From Elusimicrobia bacterium GWB2_63_22 (lineage in GTDB: Bacteria; Elusimicrobiota; Elusimicrobia; Elusimicrobiales; UBA9959), in NCBI GenBank assembly GCA_001799735.1, contig MGUA01000034.1:20056-84055 (forward strand): a stretch of DNA of 64,000 nucleotides. Reading direction: 5' to 3'. This document shows positions 1 to 8,568 of this stretch, in pieces (within the stretch, counting starts at the first letter, position 1; every line of letters starts with the position of its first letter). A program made the translations under genes and the position numbers. The notes below the pieces were generated by a model that was not told the origin of the DNA, ran no database searches, and saw only the letters and a list, made by a program, of their open reading frames with translations.

Positions 1-86
1 CTTATTACGGCGGCCGAGACAACTGCGAACAGCGCCGTCAGACGGCGCTTCAGCCGGGAAAGGTCCGGGACAGCCTGATCGTTCAA
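1..86 (-). CDS. Possible N-terminus of a membrane protein running off the window edge (possibly a sensor kinase)
   Basis: TTG start after a G-rich RBS-like run; reads MNDQAVPDLSRLKRRLTALFAVVSAAVI (basic patch then hydrophobic helix); divergent from a response regulator. Too short for the ORF track. Confidence 0.3.
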   Translation of the reverse strand, partial: MNDQAVPDLSRLKRRLTALFAVVSAAVI

Positions 87-236
87 TTCCCCCCCAATGA
101 GACCGGGCGGCCGACTGCCGGCGGATCTCTATTCCCCTAACGGAACCATTATATATATATCCGCGCCTTTTTGACCAGCGCCAGGACAGGAGTTTAACCA
201 CCGGCTTTTTTTTGCTATAAAGTCCAAGGGGCGATC

Positions 237-872
237 ATGACAAAAGACATCCGTATCTTCCTGGTAGAGGATGACCCGGTTTCCGCCGGCATAACTCTCA
301 GGATGCTCAAAGAAGCCGGCCTGGCGGGGGCGCTGACCGCGGCCGTAACGCTGCGGGAAGGCCTCGCGGGCCTGCTGCGCGACGGGGAGAAGGTAGTCCT
401 GCTGGACATGGGCCTGCCCGACAGCCAGGGGCTGGACACGGTGAGGGCCGTCTGCGGCCGGTTCCCTCGCCTGCCCGTGATCGTGATGACCGGCACCGAC
501 GACGAGGCCCTCGGGCTGGAGGCACTGAAGTACGGGGCGCAGGATTATCTGGTGAAGGGGCAGTTCGACGACAGGACGCTGAAGCGGGTGATCCGCTACG
601 CCATCGAGAGGAAGGACCTGCTCAACGAGAAAGAGGAGCTGATCTTAAAACTGCAGGAGGCGCTGCACCAGGTAAAGCAGCTGACCGGCCTGCTGCCGAC
701 CTGCTGCGAATGCAGGAAGATAAGGACGCCCGAGGGCAACTGGGTGCAGATGGAAAGTTATATCAGCAAGCACTCGGAGGCCGTGTTCAGCCACGGCTAC
801 TGCGACACCTGCTTCCAGAAACATATAGCCGAACTGGACGCGGAAAAAGCGCGGAGCCAGAAGAAGAGCTGA
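237..872 (+). CDS. Response regulator with coiled coil and C-terminal Cys/His-rich tail
   Basis: LVEDD, VLLDMGLPD and DYLVKG receiver motifs; tail LLPTCCECRKIR..FSHGYCDTC. Confidence 0.9.
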   Translation: MTKDIRIFLVEDDPVSAGITLRMLKEAGLAGALTAAVTLREGLAGLLRDGEKVVLLDMGLPDSQGLDTVRAVCGRFPRLPVIVMTGTDDEALGLEALKYGAQDYLVKGQFDDRTLKRVIRYAIERKDLLNEKEELILKLQEALHQVKQLTGLLPTCCECRKIRTPEGNWVQMESYISKHSEAVFSHGYCDTCFQKHIAELDAEKARSQKKS

Positions 873-876
873 GCCG

Positions 877-1344
877 CTACTCCCCGATATCCTCGTTCCA
901 GAGCTCAGGGCGGGCTTTTATGAAGTCCGCCATCAGCCGCTTGCATTCCGGCAGGTCCAGATTGACCAGTTTAACGAACTTTTTGGAATAACTCTCAGGA
1001 CCTTTGAAGGTCTTGTTCTCGCCTATTACGACCAAAGGGATCTTGTAGAGGAGGATGGCCCCGGTGCACATGGCGCAGGGCGAAAGGGTGGAGTAGATGG
1101 CGCAAGCCTTGTAGTCCGCCGCCTTCAGGCGGCCGGCGTTCTCCAGGCAGTCCATCTCGGCGTGGAGGATGGCGGATTTTTTCTGCACGCGGCGGTTATG
1201 GCCGCGGCCGATAATGCGGCCGTCCTTCACCAGCACGGCGCCTATCGGAATGCCGCCCTCCCGCAGCCCTTTGCGGGCCTCTTTAATAGCCTCCGATAAG
1301 AACTTCAGGTGCAGCTTTCGGTTCACTGTTAAAGTTTTGTTCAT
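877..1344 (-). CDS. Cytosine/nucleoside deaminase (zinc-dependent CDA family)
   Basis: HAEMDC and SPCAMC zinc motifs; GGIPIGAVLV..GRGHNRRVQ resembles yeast-type cytosine deaminase. Confidence 0.9.
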   Translation of the reverse strand: MNKTLTVNRKLHLKFLSEAIKEARKGLREGGIPIGAVLVKDGRIIGRGHNRRVQKKSAILHAEMDCLENAGRLKAADYKACAIYSTLSPCAMCTGAILLYKIPLVVIGENKTFKGPESYSKKFVKLVNLDLPECKRLMADFIKARPELWNEDIGE

Positions 1345-1855
1345 CCCCGCCTCCCTCCTGCCTGGGCCTGGGTTTAGTCCCTGGTTTAGCCCCCCCGGCC
1401 TTCTTTTTCACCAGGCGCTTGAACAGGCCCTCGGCCTTGCCCTGCGGCGCCTTTACGTTGAGCGTCAGGGAGTTGCCGCTCTTTGAGACCTTGAGCGTGC
1501 CGCTGAAACCCACCGTCTTGAAATTTATATTGCCGGCCTTGTCGGCGCAGCCCGTCATGGGGATGGGCGGCATGCCCTCCACTTTGACCGTGGCGTTAAA
1601 GCAGTTCCTGGAAGTCCGCTTTATGGAGAAGTCGCCCCGCTGCGGCTCTTCGGCGCAGTCGCCTTCGTAGGTGAAGTTGCCGAAGAACCCGACGTTGCCG
1701 GTCTTAACGGAAGCCCGGACTTTCCATTCGCAGTCGTTGTCGGAAACCACGGTCCCGCCCCACTCGCCCGGCAGGCGGTCGAAAGGCGAGGCCGCGGCGG
1801 CGCCCAGAGAAGGCAGGCACAGCAGCAGCGCTAGAACACGCGGCAGAATATGCAT
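1283..1855 (-). CDS. Hypothetical exported beta-rich protein
   Basis: Signal peptide (LALLLCLPSLGAAA); co-oriented in an operon with overlapping neighbours. Confidence 0.7.
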   Translation of the reverse strand: MHILPRVLALLLCLPSLGAAAASPFDRLPGEWGGTVVSDNDCEWKVRASVKTGNVGFFGNFTYEGDCAEEPQRGDFSIKRTSRNCFNATVKVEGMPPIPMTGCADKAGNINFKTVGFSGTLKVSKSGNSLTLNVKAPQGKAEGLFKRLVKKKAGGAKPGTKPRPRQEGGGDEQNFNSEPKAAPEVLIGGY

Positions 1856-3018
1856 TTCAGGTATTCCCCCTCGGGATAGTCTGCGGCCACCGGGTGGTCC
1901 GGCCCCGCGCCCGATTTTTTAAGGATCTGCACTTTGCGGCCGGCGTTGGACGCCGCGCCGCGCAGGATGAACGAGAACTCGTCCATGGAGACCATGCCGC
2001 TGCAGGAGCAGGTGACGAAGATGCCGCCTTCCTCCACCAGCGACAGCGCTATGCGGTTGAAATCGCGGTACTTGAAGATGCCCTTGTCGCGCTCTTCGCG
2101 GCTGGACACCAGCTTGTACGGGTCCAGCACCACCATGCCGAACTTCCGCTTGAGCTCCAGCATCTGGCGCATGTAGGTAAAAGCGTCGGCGCAGACCGGG
2201 TCTATCCTGACCTTGTTGATATTGGCGTTGCGCTTGGACAGCTCGCTGGCCTCTGGGTCCAGCTCCACGCAGGTCACGGCCTCGGCCCCGCCCAGTTTGG
2301 CGGCGTAGACGCCGAAACCGCCGGTATAGGAGCAGAGGTCTATGACCTTCTTGCCGGCGGCGAGGGTGGAGGCGTAAAGCCGGTTCTCGCGCTGGTCGCA
2401 GAAGAAGCCGGTCTTGTAGCCGGACTTCATGTCTATCTCGAACTGCACCCCGTTCTCGGTGATGCGGGTCTTGCGGCCCGGGCCCGGCTCGGGCTTTATG
2501 TTGAAGCCCTCCATCTCCTGGGTATAGGAGGTGGCGCGGTGATGGAAGGAAGCGTCCGGGAAATGCTTTTTGAACGCGGCCTCGATGTTAGGCCACAGGC
2601 GGTACATGCCGAGCGAGTAGAACTCGAGGGCGATCTGGTCCTTGTAGATGTCCACCGTCAGGCCCGGCAGGCCGTCGGCGTAGTCGTGCACCAGGCGGCA
2701 GGCGTCGGTCTTGTCCTGGAGCTTGAGCACGTCGCGGCGCAGGGACACGGCGCGGGTGACGCGCTGGTCGAAGAACCGGTCCACCTGGAATTCCTCCGGG
2801 TTCTCCCGGGTGAAGATGCGCAGGGTGATCTGGCTGCGGGGGTTGTAGATGGCCACGCCGTAGGGGTTGTTGTTCTTGTCGTAGACGGCCACCATCTGCC
2901 CGGGCTCGGCGCGGTCGGCGATGTCTATCATGCGCTTGAAGGCGTTGGGGCCGGCGGGCGCGTGCGAGAGCTTTACCCTGGGCAGGCCGCCCGCTTTGGA
3001 AAATATTTTTTCAGCCAT
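1831..3018 (-). CDS. RlmI-like class I SAM-dependent rRNA m5C methyltransferase
   Basis: PUA-like N-terminus, DGLPGLTVD, KTGFFCDQRENR, DLCSYTGGF, VLDP, TCSCS. Confidence 0.9.
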   Translation of the reverse strand: MAEKIFSKAGGLPRVKLSHAPAGPNAFKRMIDIADRAEPGQMVAVYDKNNNPYGVAIYNPRSQITLRIFTRENPEEFQVDRFFDQRVTRAVSLRRDVLKLQDKTDACRLVHDYADGLPGLTVDIYKDQIALEFYSLGMYRLWPNIEAAFKKHFPDASFHHRATSYTQEMEGFNIKPEPGPGRKTRITENGVQFEIDMKSGYKTGFFCDQRENRLYASTLAAGKKVIDLCSYTGGFGVYAAKLGGAEAVTCVELDPEASELSKRNANINKVRIDPVCADAFTYMRQMLELKRKFGMVVLDPYKLVSSREERDKGIFKYRDFNRIALSLVEEGGIFVTCSCSGMVSMDEFSFILRGAASNAGRKVQILKKSGAGPDHPVAADYPEGEYLKCIFCRVF

Positions 3019-3024
3019 GGTGAT

Positions 3025-3030
3025 ATTATA
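3025..3030 (-). promoter_or_regulatory. Putative -10 element (TATAAT) 6 nt upstream of the ATG, leaderless type
   Basis: Minus strand GGTATAAT-atcacc-ATG; no SD sequence. Confidence 0.55.
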
Positions 3031-3031
3031 C

Positions 3032-4399
3032 CTAACCCTTTAAGATATCGATCCGGCGCCACAGCCCGGAGCGGAAGCGCAGGAAGAAGAACACGAACAG
3101 CAGGATGATGTAAAATCCGGCCCAGGCCCAGGCGTGGATCAGCTCCCCGCCGGCGTAGCGGGTTATGTACCAGATGCCCGGCACGAACAGGATCCAGGCG
3201 GCGGCGCTGCCGCCCAGCATCTGAAAGCGCGTGTCCCCCGCCCCGCGCAGCGCGTCGGCGAAGATCATGCCCACCCCGTCGAAGAACACAAAGACGGCCA
3301 GCACCTTCATCACAGGCCGGCTCATGGCCAGGATCTCGGCGTATTCCGCCGAATGGCCGGAGCCGAAGATATTGACGAAAAGGCCCGGCAGCAGGGCAAA
3401 AAGAGCGCCCAGGGCGAGCCCGTAAAGGGCGGCCATCTTGGCGGCGTTATAGGTGACGCGCATGGAGACGTCGGGCTTCTTCATGCCGATATATTTACCC
3501 ACCAGCGTCAGCGTCGCCATGCCCAGGCCCAGCACCGGCATGAAGGCGATCATGTTGATGGAGGCGATGATATTGCTGGCGGCCAGGGAGATCTTGTCCA
3601 TGGCCCCGACGATAAAGATGAAGGCGCCGAAGGCGGCGATGTCGAGGAAGAAGCCCACGCCGTTGGGGGCGCCGTACTTGATGAGCCGCAGGAACAGGCC
3701 TTTATGCACGCCGATCAGCCTGGCGGTGCGGAAGCGCCGGCGGTTATAGGGCGAGAGAATGAGTTTAAGGTAAAGCCCCAGCATCAGCGCCTGCGCGGCC
3801 ACCCAGGCCAGGCCCGCGCCGGTTATGCCCAGCTCGGGGAAAGGGCCGGGCCCGAAGATGAGCAGCCAGGACAGCAGCACGCAGAAAACGCTGGCGCCCA
3901 TATTCACCGACATCGGCACCTTGGTCAGGCCGCGGCCGGTAAAGAACGCCGACAGGGCGCCGTTGGTGATGGCCACTATGCCGCCTGCGTTAAGGATGAG
4001 GAAATACTGTTTTTCCAGCGGGATCACGGCGGCCGGGTGGCCGGAATGCTCTATGATGAAATACCCCAGCGGGGTGAGGAGGAGCAGCAGCAGGCCGGAG
4101 GCCAGCGACAGCCAGACGCCCTGCCACACGGCCACGGACACGCTGGCCGTTTTGCCCCGGCCGTGGTACTGGGAGACGAAAGCGTTGGTATAGCTGGCCA
4201 CCCCGACGAAGAAACAGGCGAACACGAAAGCCAGCAGGCCGGCGGGCACGCAGGCGGCCAGCGCGTCCGGGCTGTAGCGGGCCAGGAACACGCGGTTGAT
4301 GAACTGCATCACGGTGGTGGAGGCGGTGGAGAGGATGAGCGGGTAAGCCACCTTAAGCAGCTCGCCCGCCCCGCCCTCGCCCCGGGTGAATAATTTCAT
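3032..4399 (-). CDS. MATE family efflux transporter
   Basis: About 12 TM helices; FVSQYHGRG, FPELGITGAGLA, ALRGAGDTR. Confidence 0.93.
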   Translation of the reverse strand: MKLFTRGEGGAGELLKVAYPLILSTASTTVMQFINRVFLARYSPDALAACVPAGLLAFVFACFFVGVASYTNAFVSQYHGRGKTASVSVAVWQGVWLSLASGLLLLLLTPLGYFIIEHSGHPAAVIPLEKQYFLILNAGGIVAITNGALSAFFTGRGLTKVPMSVNMGASVFCVLLSWLLIFGPGPFPELGITGAGLAWVAAQALMLGLYLKLILSPYNRRRFRTARLIGVHKGLFLRLIKYGAPNGVGFFLDIAAFGAFIFIVGAMDKISLAASNIIASINMIAFMPVLGLGMATLTLVGKYIGMKKPDVSMRVTYNAAKMAALYGLALGALFALLPGLFVNIFGSGHSAEYAEILAMSRPVMKVLAVFVFFDGVGMIFADALRGAGDTRFQMLGGSAAAWILFVPGIWYITRYAGGELIHAWAWAGFYIILLFVFFFLRFRSGLWRRIDILKG

Positions 4400-4432
4400 A
4401 GCAGGTCCGCGCGGACGCCGGCCGGGGCCGGC

Positions 4433-6271
4433 TTAGTCTTCGGTCTTCTCGCCGCGCTTGCGCTTGCTGTGGTCCAGTATCTTCTTGCGCAGGCGCAGGT
4501 TCTTGGGCGTCACTTCCACGAACTCGTCTTCCTCGACGTATTCTATAGCCTGCTCCAGGCTCATCTGGCGGTGCGGGGTAAGCGTTATGGCCATGTCGGC
4601 GGTGGAGGAGCGCATGTTGGTCTGCTTCTTCTCCTTGCAGGGGTTGACCACCAGGTCGTTGGCCCGGCAGTGCTCGCCTACGATCTGCCCGGCGTAGATG
4701 TCCTCGCCGGTGCCCACGCACATGATGCCGTGGTCCTGCAGGCTGTTGAGGGCGTAGCCGGCCGAGGTGCCCGCCTCTTTGGCTATGAACACCCCGTTGC
4801 GGCTGGGCCGGTTGAAGCTGCCCTCCGGCAGGAAGCCGTGAAAGCTGTGATGCATCAGGCCCGAGCCCTTGGTGAACGACATGAACTCGGACTTGAAGCC
4901 GATCAGCGCCTTCGACGAGATGACGTATTCGAAGCGGACGCGGCCGTCGTCGCCCACGCTCATGTTCTTAAGCTGCGCGCCACGGCTGCCCAGGCCGTTC
5001 ATTACGGAGCCCTGGTATTCTGCGGGCGCGTCCAGCAGCAGCATTTCCACGGGTTCTACGGTAACGCCGTTCTCCTCGTGGGTGATGACCACCATCTTGG
5101 ACACGCAGAGCTCATAGCCCTCGCGCCGCATGGTCTCGATGAGGATGGACAGGTGCAGCTCGCCGCGGCCGGAAACCTTGAAGCCCGGCTCGCCGGCGAT
5201 CTCCTCGATCTTCAGGCCGACGTTGATCTGCTGCTCTTTGTAGAGGCGGTCGCGGATCTGCGTCACGGTGACGAACTTGCCCTCGCGGCCGGAGAAAGGC
5301 CCGTCGTTAGGGTAAAATTCCATCGCGAGGGTGGGCTGCTCTATCTCCAGGCCGGGCAGCACGCCGGGGTTCTCCAGGTCGCTGACGGTGTCGCCGACCT
5401 CTATGCCCTCGAGGCCGGCCACGGCCACGATGTCTCCGGAATGGGCGTCCTTTATGACGATGCGCTCGAAGTTCTTGTAGCCCATAAGCTGCATGACCTT
5501 GCGGGTCTTGGGGTCGGTGCCGGGCGAGGCGATGGAGACCTGCTGGCCGGCGCTTATCCTGCCCTGCACAATGCGGCCCACGCCGATGCGGCCGGTGTAG
5601 GAGCTGTAGTCGAGCATGGTAACCAGCAGGCGCAGCGGCTGGTCGTCGAGGTCCAGCGGGCCGGGCACGTGCTTTATGATGACCTCGAAGAGGTGCGAGA
5701 GGTCCTTGGCCGGGTGGTTGTAGTCGGCCGAGGCCCAGCCGTCGCGGCCGACGGCGTAGACCACGGGGAAGTCCAGCTGGGCGTCGGAGGCGCCGAGCTC
5801 CATGAAGAGGGAGAAGACCTTGTCCAGGGCGGCGTGGGGGTCGCAGTTGAGGCGGTCCACTTTGTTGATGACCACGATGGGGCGCAGGCCGAGGGCGAGG
5901 GACTTCTTGAGGACGAAGCGGGTCTGGGGCATGGGGCCGTCGAGGGCGTCCACGAGCAGCAGCACGCCGTCGACCATGCGGAGCACGCGTTCCACCTCGC
6001 TGCCGAAGTCGGCGTGGCCGGGGGTGTCGACTATGTGGACGGTGGTGTCTTTATAGCGGACGGAGGTGTTCTTGGAAAGGATGGTGATGCCGCGCTCTTT
6101 TTCCAGGTCGTTGGAGTCCATGATGCAGATGGCTTCCTCGCCGGATTTGTCGTGGTAGGCGCCGGTCTGCTTGAGCATGGCGTCGACGAGGGTGGTTTTG
6201 CCGTGGTCGACGTGGGCGATGATGGCGATGTTGCGCAGGTCGTGCCGGCGCTTGGCGGTGTCATGTTGCAT
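4433..6271 (-). CDS. typA: Translational GTPase TypA/BipA
   Basis: [58 protein letters not shown]. Confidence 0.97.
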   Translation of the reverse strand: MQHDTAKRRHDLRNIAIIAHVDHGKTTLVDAMLKQTGAYHDKSGEEAICIMDSNDLEKERGITILSKNTSVRYKDTTVHIVDTPGHADFGSEVERVLRMVDGVLLLVDALDGPMPQTRFVLKKSLALGLRPIVVINKVDRLNCDPHAALDKVFSLFMELGASDAQLDFPVVYAVGRDGWASADYNHPAKDLSHLFEVIIKHVPGPLDLDDQPLRLLVTMLDYSSYTGRIGVGRIVQGRISAGQQVSIASPGTDPKTRKVMQLMGYKNFERIVIKDAHSGDIVAVAGLEGIEVGDTVSDLENPGVLPGLEIEQPTLAMEFYPNDGPFSGREGKFVTVTQIRDRLYKEQQINVGLKIEEIAGEPGFKVSGRGELHLSILIETMRREGYELCVSKMVVITHEENGVTVEPVEMLLLDAPAEYQGSVMNGLGSRGAQLKNMSVGDDGRVRFEYVISSKALIGFKSEFMSFTKGSGLMHHSFHGFLPEGSFNRPSRNGVFIAKEAGTSAGYALNSLQDHGIMCVGTGEDIYAGQIVGEHCRANDLVVNPCKEKKQTNMRSSTADMAITLTPHRQMSLEQAIEYVEEDEFVEVTPKNLRLRKKILDHSKRKRGEKTED

Positions 6272-6306
6272 GTGTTTATAGGTCTCCTTAAAAAAACCGG
6301 TGAAAA

Positions 6307-8124
6307 TTACTGGCTGACGGCGCCTTCGCCGGCTTCTATGGCCTTGAGCTCTTCGGTGTAGGCGGCGATCTTGGCCTCGAGGGCGGCGATCTTGTCGCCG
6401 AGCTCTTTGACCTGGGCGTAATCGGAATGGATCTCGGGCGCGGACATTTTGGCGGCCAGCGTCTCTACCGTCTTGCGCGAGTAGGCTATTTCCTTCTTCA
6501 GGGTCTCGGCGCGGCGGCTTTTCTTGCGGACCTCGGCGTCCTGGCGCTTTTTCTCTTCCCAGTCGGCGCCGTCGGCTTTGGGGGCGGCCTTGGGCTCTTC
6601 TTTCCTGCGCGTGGAGGCGGTCTCGTGCCGGAGCTGCTCCTGGCGGTAGTTGAAGTAATCGTAATTGCCGGGGTAGACGGTGGTCTTGCCCTGCTCGATG
6701 TGCACCACGGAGTCGGCCAGGGCGTTGATGAAGTAGATATCGTGGCTGATGAAGCAGAGGGTGCCTTCGAATTCTTTCAGGGCGCCTATCAGCGCGTCCA
6801 CGCTGGCGATGTCGAGGTGGGTGGTGGGCTCGTCCATCAGGATAACGTTGGGCGGGTCCATGAGCAGCTTTACCAGCATCAGGCGGCTCTTTTCACCGCC
6901 GGAAAGGACCTCGGTCTTCTTGTAGACGTTGTCGCCGGGGAACAGGAAGGTGCCCAGCACGGTGCGCACGGCCAGCTCCGGGTTCATCCGGTCGTTGTCC
7001 ATGGCCTCCTGCAGCACGGTCTTGCGCGGGTCCAGTATGCCCTCGCGGTGCTGGGAGAAGTAGCCGGTCTTAACATTAAGACCGAGCACGCGCTCGCCGG
7101 AGTCCGGCTCTATCACGCCGGCCAGCATCTTGAGCAGGGTGGACTTGCCGGCGCCGTTATGGCCGAGGAAGGCCATCTTCTGGCCGCGGAGCAGCTCGAA
7201 ATCGAAACCCTCGTAGACCTTTATGGGGTCGTGGTCCGGCACGTTGTAGACCTTGCTGATATTTTTCAGTTCCAGCACCTTGGTGCCGGTGCGGTTGGGC
7301 TGAGGGAAGCGCATTTTAACGGTCTTCACTTCCTGGATCAGCTCTATGCGCTCCAGCTTGTCGAGGCGCTTTATCATGCTCTGCACGCGGGCGGCGGTGG
7401 AGACGCGCGCCCGGTTGCGGGCGATGAAGTCTTCCATCTGCGCTATCTCCTCCTGCTGCAGGCGCCAGGCGGAGTAGATCTTCTCTTTCTCGGACTGGCG
7501 CTGGGCCAGGAAATTCTCGTAGTTGCCGTGGTAGACGCGCAGGGTATGGTCCTGCAGGGAAACGATGGCGCTGCAGATCTTGTTGATGAAGTCGCGGTCA
7601 TGCGAGATGACGAAGATGGCGCCCTGGTAGGACTGCAGGTACTCCTCCAGCCACAGCAGCGAGTCCAGGTCCAGGTGGTTGGTGGGCTCGTCGAGCAGCA
7701 GGAGATCGGGCTTCTTGAGCAGCAGCTTGCCCATGGCCACGCGCATGGCCCAGCCGCCGGAGAGGGTGTTGACCCGGCGGGTAAAATCGGTGACCTTGAA
7801 GCCGAGGCCCATCAGGATGGCCTTGCCTTCGGCCTCTATGCGTCCGTCGTAGTCCTCCACGCCGTCGAGGGTCTCTTCTATCACGGTGCGGTCGGAGACC
7901 GGCGGGTTCTCCTGCGGCAGGTAGCCCACCACCACGCCCTTCTTGAACTGGATCTCGCCGTCGTCGGCCTCTTCGGCCCGGAGCATCATCTTGAACAGCG
8001 TGGATTTGCCGGCGCCGTTGGGGCCCACCAGGGCGAAGCGGTCGCCCTCGTTTACCTGCAGCGAGGCGTCCTCGAAGAGGACCTGGGAAGAGAAGGATTT
8101 ATGTACGTTCCTGAGGGTTATCAT
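6307..8124 (-). CDS. ABC-F family ATP-binding protein
   Basis: Two ABC domains (GPNGAGKS/LSGG/LLLDEPTNHLD; GHNGAGKS/LSGGEK/DEPTTHLD), no TM, C-terminal coiled coil; start placed at MITLRN. Confidence 0.93.
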   Translation of the reverse strand: MITLRNVHKSFSSQVLFEDASLQVNEGDRFALVGPNGAGKSTLFKMMLRAEEADDGEIQFKKGVVVGYLPQENPPVSDRTVIEETLDGVEDYDGRIEAEGKAILMGLGFKVTDFTRRVNTLSGGWAMRVAMGKLLLKKPDLLLLDEPTNHLDLDSLLWLEEYLQSYQGAIFVISHDRDFINKICSAIVSLQDHTLRVYHGNYENFLAQRQSEKEKIYSAWRLQQEEIAQMEDFIARNRARVSTAARVQSMIKRLDKLERIELIQEVKTVKMRFPQPNRTGTKVLELKNISKVYNVPDHDPIKVYEGFDFELLRGQKMAFLGHNGAGKSTLLKMLAGVIEPDSGERVLGLNVKTGYFSQHREGILDPRKTVLQEAMDNDRMNPELAVRTVLGTFLFPGDNVYKKTEVLSGGEKSRLMLVKLLMDPPNVILMDEPTTHLDIASVDALIGALKEFEGTLCFISHDIYFINALADSVVHIEQGKTTVYPGNYDYFNYRQEQLRHETASTRRKEEPKAAPKADGADWEEKKRQDAEVRKKSRRAETLKKEIAYSRKTVETLAAKMSAPEIHSDYAQVKELGDKIAALEAKIAAYTEELKAIEAGEGAVSQ

Positions 8125-8298
8125 GGGTGCGCGGCCCGCCTTGCGGGCCTCCAGTTTTAAAATTTTCCGGGAACTAGCAGGATAAATAAGGAAATCAAGC
8201 CTACCGGACCGTCTGCGCATATATTTTAGCATTTTCGCGCCCCCTTTTATATAATGACCGGAGGGAGAGAATACCCGGTTTCACATTACGGAGGCTAA

Positions 8299-8568
8299 AT
8301 GTCCGACACTTTCATAAATATCGCCTGGGCGCTTATTTTCGCGCTGGCCGGCGGCGCGGCGGGCGCCTTCCTGCTGATCTGGTTCTCCTCGCGCATCCCG
8401 TCCGTCTTCAACAAGATCACCCCGGAGATGGACGAGGGCAAGGAGATCATCCGCGGCAACCGCGCCGTGGCTGAATATTTCGGGCGCATCGTCTCGGCCG
8501 CCATACTCGGCGTCAGCGTGATCATCGCGGCCGCCGTGCTGGGCGGCCTGATAGCGGCCCTGCACTGA
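8299..8568 (+). CDS. Small two-helix membrane protein, DUF350-like
   Basis: KITPEMDEGKEIIRGNRAVA between two TM helices matches the DUF350 pattern; GGAGG RBS; stop overlaps next start (TGATG). Confidence 0.75.
   Translation: MSDTFINIAWALIFALAGGAAGAFLLIWFSSRIPSVFNKITPEMDEGKEIIRGNRAVAEYFGRIVSAAILGVSVIIAAAVLGGLIAALH

Noticed and set aside
8125-8232. N-terminal extensions in the ORF track (ABC-F, OPT, gcvT, gcvPA, gcvPB, histidine kinase)
   Set aside because: Downstream ATGs coincide with family N-termini and have RBS or -10 support; the extensions run through promoters, repeats or the upstream gene.
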